Source of the DNA: Chrysomallon squamiferum
Lineage: Eukaryota > Animalia > Mollusca
Assembly (NCBI GenBank): GCA_012295275.1
Contig: CM022676.1
Span: 186,001 to 250,000 of the forward strand
Length of the DNA: 64,000 nt
Reading direction: 5' to 3'
Both the position numbers and the translations under genes were made by a program. The notes under the pieces were generated by a model. It was not told the origin of the DNA and did no database searches. It saw only the letters and a list, made by a program, of their open reading frames with translations. Positions 60,275 through 64,000 of this stretch are shown piece by piece. Within the stretch, counting starts at the first letter, position 1; each line of letters starts with the position of its first letter.

Positions 60275-60972
60275 TGTGTGTGTGTGTGTTTGTGTGTATG
60301 TGGTGTATGAACAGGCGCGGGTCCATGCGACAAAAAATAAAAATAATATGGAAATACATGTGACTAAACTGCAACATACAATTACGTATATTCATATTAT
60401 TTTTACATAAAGTTACGTATGTTAATGTCTTCCTATCATTACAGTGAGAACAGGTACATTGGTCCGTACATTACTGTGTGGTGATATATTATTATATCTT
60501 GCAAAGTGTACAAATGTTTTATTCAAATGTTTCTGATTCATTTACAGAAATCTATAAATCGTTAGAAAATACAGAATTGCAGGACACATTTTGTTTTAAA
60601 AATCTATAGTAGCAACAGTTAATAACCATTTAAAAACAGTTATCAGAAGTTAAAATAAATGATTTTATTTTTGTTTTTTTTTTTTTTTGTTGGGGTTTTT
60701 GGGGGGGTTTATTTTATTTTATTTATTTCTTTATTTCTTTTCTTTTAATTTCTTTTATTTTATTTTATTTTTTCTAATGAGCTGTTTTGACAATTGTTTT
60801 AAAAATAACTGATCCGATTTGGTTCACTGAAAATATAATACTTAAACTAGAACAGTGATTGTCTCCACAATATGTGAAACACGATTCGCTCCAATGAACA
60901 TAATGTTCACTTAAATGCATGGGTCATGTGTTGTATATAATATTGACATAGTAAAATGATATATGTTATAAT

Positions 60973-61091
<119 letters not shown>

Positions 61092-61130
61092 ATCTGTGTG
61101 TGTGTGTGTATGTGTGTGTGTGTGTGTATC

Positions 61131-61165
<35 letters not shown>

Positions 61166-61176
61166 GTGTGTGTATA

Positions 61177-61278
<102 letters not shown>

Positions 61279-61872
61279 AACAGATATGTGTGTGTGTGTG
61301 TGTGTGTATATACGACCAGATGTTCAAACAGATACATATACACGACCAGATGTTCGCGTTATTCACATAAACTCTGTTTTTCCTTATGTTTATATGTTTC
61401 TAACATTAACCATCATGAATCCTAATTATTTGTTAAGCTAATAAACATAGGTCATTGCATCTCTCCATATAGCCTATCTATAATCGCTCTCTTTCTGTCT
61501 TTATATAATATAAATATAGTATATATCTGTCTATCTATCTTTATATATATATATATATATAAATATCTGCTTATCTATCTGTCTATTTATCTATAAATTC
61601 TGCATCAAACATTAGATCGACATGTTCTTGGATACTGTGTATTTTTATTATTAAAACAAAACATTAAAACGCAAAATAAACAAAACAATATGTATTAAGT
61701 TGAGTGACTATAGTAAACGTGAGACATACCTTGAAAGTGTTCAGCTGCCGTCCAGTAACGTATCCGCTTTCTTGTGTACGAAAATCATGAGCACTGATGT
61801 AACGTTTTTTTAGATGAAGTTGAGAATCATTAATCACTCAAGACCACAAATAAATAATCCACGCGCCTAGAA

Positions 61873-62066
61873 CTGTGAAGTTCAGGCACTCGTATAATAA
61901 ATCTGTGAAGTTCAGGCACTCGTATAATAAATCTGTGAAGTTCAGGCACTCGTATAATAAATCTGTGAAGTTCAGGCACTCGTATAATAAATCTGTGAAG
62001 TTCAGGCACTCGTATAATAAATCTGTGAAGTTCAGGCACTCGTATAATAAATCTGTGAAGTTCAGG
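61873..62066. repeat. Perfect 30-bp minisatellite, ~6.5 copies
   Basis: ctgtgaagttcaggcactcgtataataaat repeated without mismatch; a partial copy lies at ~62104. Confidence 0.97.
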
Positions 62067-62975
62067 AAATAATATCACTATATCACTATCCTAACGTGCC
62101 CAGATCTGTGAAGTTCACTGTCCTAACGAGATTATAACAATGAAGTTATTCCACTGTGCCTAAACATCTGATGTTTCAGAGTCACTTCGCGCGTGTGAGG
62201 TATGACATAAATATGTAAATGAGATACGCACAGTTTTACACTGTTGAATTATGAGACATAACAACGCTGACTTACTTCCTCTAACACGTATCGATATTTC
62301 GTTTCGTTTCGTTTCATTGATCAGATTTTCTGTTCATTCCATTCGCTGGTTTTGCTACAGAAATCTGTTCTGTGGGCGTGTCTGTTTTTCTGTTTCGATG
62401 ACGACCTGTGAGATGGTAAGCTAACGAGGAAGGGCGTTGTTGCTGTTGTTGCTGTTGTTGCTGTTGTTAATTACGATCAATCAATGCCATGTAAATTAAA
62501 GAAATGTTTTATTTGTTTTATTATTATTTTATTTTAATTCTTTTTTTCTTTTTTTTTATATACATATATATTTTTGTTTATTCTACTCTATTTAGCTTTA
62601 TTTTTTTTTTCTGTTATTTTATTTTTATTCATTCTTTTTTATTTGGTGTGTTCTTGTATAAACATCTACTTAATACAACAATATTACTATTTACACTTAA
62701 ATTGATTGTGTGATACAGCATCTGAAACTAAACAAAGAAACATGAATACATTATTTCTAAATATTTGTAACACACACACACACATACACACAGCTATATA
62801 TTTATATATTTGTATGTTTGTATGTATTATTATACCTATAAAAGGGTTTGTTTGATTTTACTATTATATCATCATCACTACAATAACAGTGATTACTGCT
62901 CTTGTTGTTATATTATTTATTTATTTATTTTTTATTTTTTTGTATATATATTATTTTTTTTTTTTTTTATTATTA

Positions 62976-63019
<44 letters not shown>

Positions 63020-63591
63020 TTATTTATTAATTTATTATTTTTTTTATTTTTTTTTATTTATTTATTTTTTTATTTTTTTTTTTATTTATACGTTTGTTCA
63101 TTTAGTTACATAGTGGAGTTATTCTCAGGGTTTACTAATTATTTTTGCAGGTAAACTCACTAACAATAAACACATACTCCAACCACAGAGTTACTTATTT
63201 TATTGTTCGATGTAATTATATACTGAACACCATTGTAATTAATATGCTCTAAACTAACTTGTAAAAAACCCAGAGCAATAAATTCTATTACTTATTAATT
63301 TTGACATGAGAGTATTAAAATATCGAACTTCCACATCAGTTTACTCCATCGACAAATCAAACAACGTGATTTTTACAACTGCGACAGCTTCAATCCACTG
63401 TGACTGTTCTGTCTGACAGAACTTTGTCACAACGCCTGTACTGATATCAGTTGATGTTTGATTAGCAATTCGCGCTGTAGCACAACGTCCACAAAGATCT
63501 ATTTTTTTACTGTCCCACCTGGGATCAGCAGTTACCTGCGTGTCAGTGGATTAGTACACAAACACAAGCTTGTCACACACCTGATTACTGT

Positions 63592-63694
<103 letters not shown>

Positions 63695-64000
63695 AAAATT
63701 ATATATATTAGCTGGTTCGGTAACTGCTAGCATTACATGACACTATTTTCACATTCGTAATTTTTTTGTTCAGTATAAAATTTGAAAGGCTCTTAATTAC
63801 TGACATAATCTCTATTAATATGTATAGTGGATGCAAGTGGTTAATTTTATTTACTTTAGATGAAAGTAAAGCAGATTAAAATAGATAAATGTTTGTCAGT
63901 TGTATTAAAAGCTAAATAAGCAAAACCTATTTGTTTTCTTTTTGCCATTATTTAATCTTCTTAAGACATTTGTTTGTTTTTATTAAGTGAATATACATTA

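Noticed and set aside
61830-62078. (PELHRFIIRV)n repeat peptide or neuropeptide precursor
   Set aside because: Units are identical at the DNA level with no synonymous variation, and there is no signal peptide, dibasic site or splice support.

Overview
AT-rich, microsatellite-saturated eukaryotic DNA with spliceosomal (GT-AG) genes. It is most likely an invertebrate animal, possibly a mollusc (inference). Almost all ORFs in the supplied track are repeat artefacts. Two immunoglobulin-superfamily (IgSF) genes can be assembled by hand. (1) A complete 4-coding-exon + strand gene (9305-14458, 285 aa) encodes a signal peptide, two divergent Cys-rich Ig-like domains and a GPI-signal-like tail. It is bracketed by two arrays of the same ~0.7-0.9 kb complex satellite (1-2640, 16018-24086) and accompanied by a broken paralog and an exon-less 'ghost' copy of its locus. 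(2) A - strand nephrin/sidestep/hemicentin-like gene (44280-41939) encodes a signal peptide and 3 Ig domains; its 3' part is not found before a 200-N gap. Also present: an orphan frameshifted GON-domain exon; relics of L1/Tx1, R4/Dong and RNase H-bearing LINEs; hAT, Tc1/mariner and Tigger elements; a tRNA-derived SINE; minisatellites; long hairpins; and candidate RFX and K50-homeodomain sites. No CRISPR or prokaryotic system is seen. The most interesting candidate system is the satellite-bracketed, rapidly turning-over GPI-Ig cassette. All calls are by eye, without database searches.
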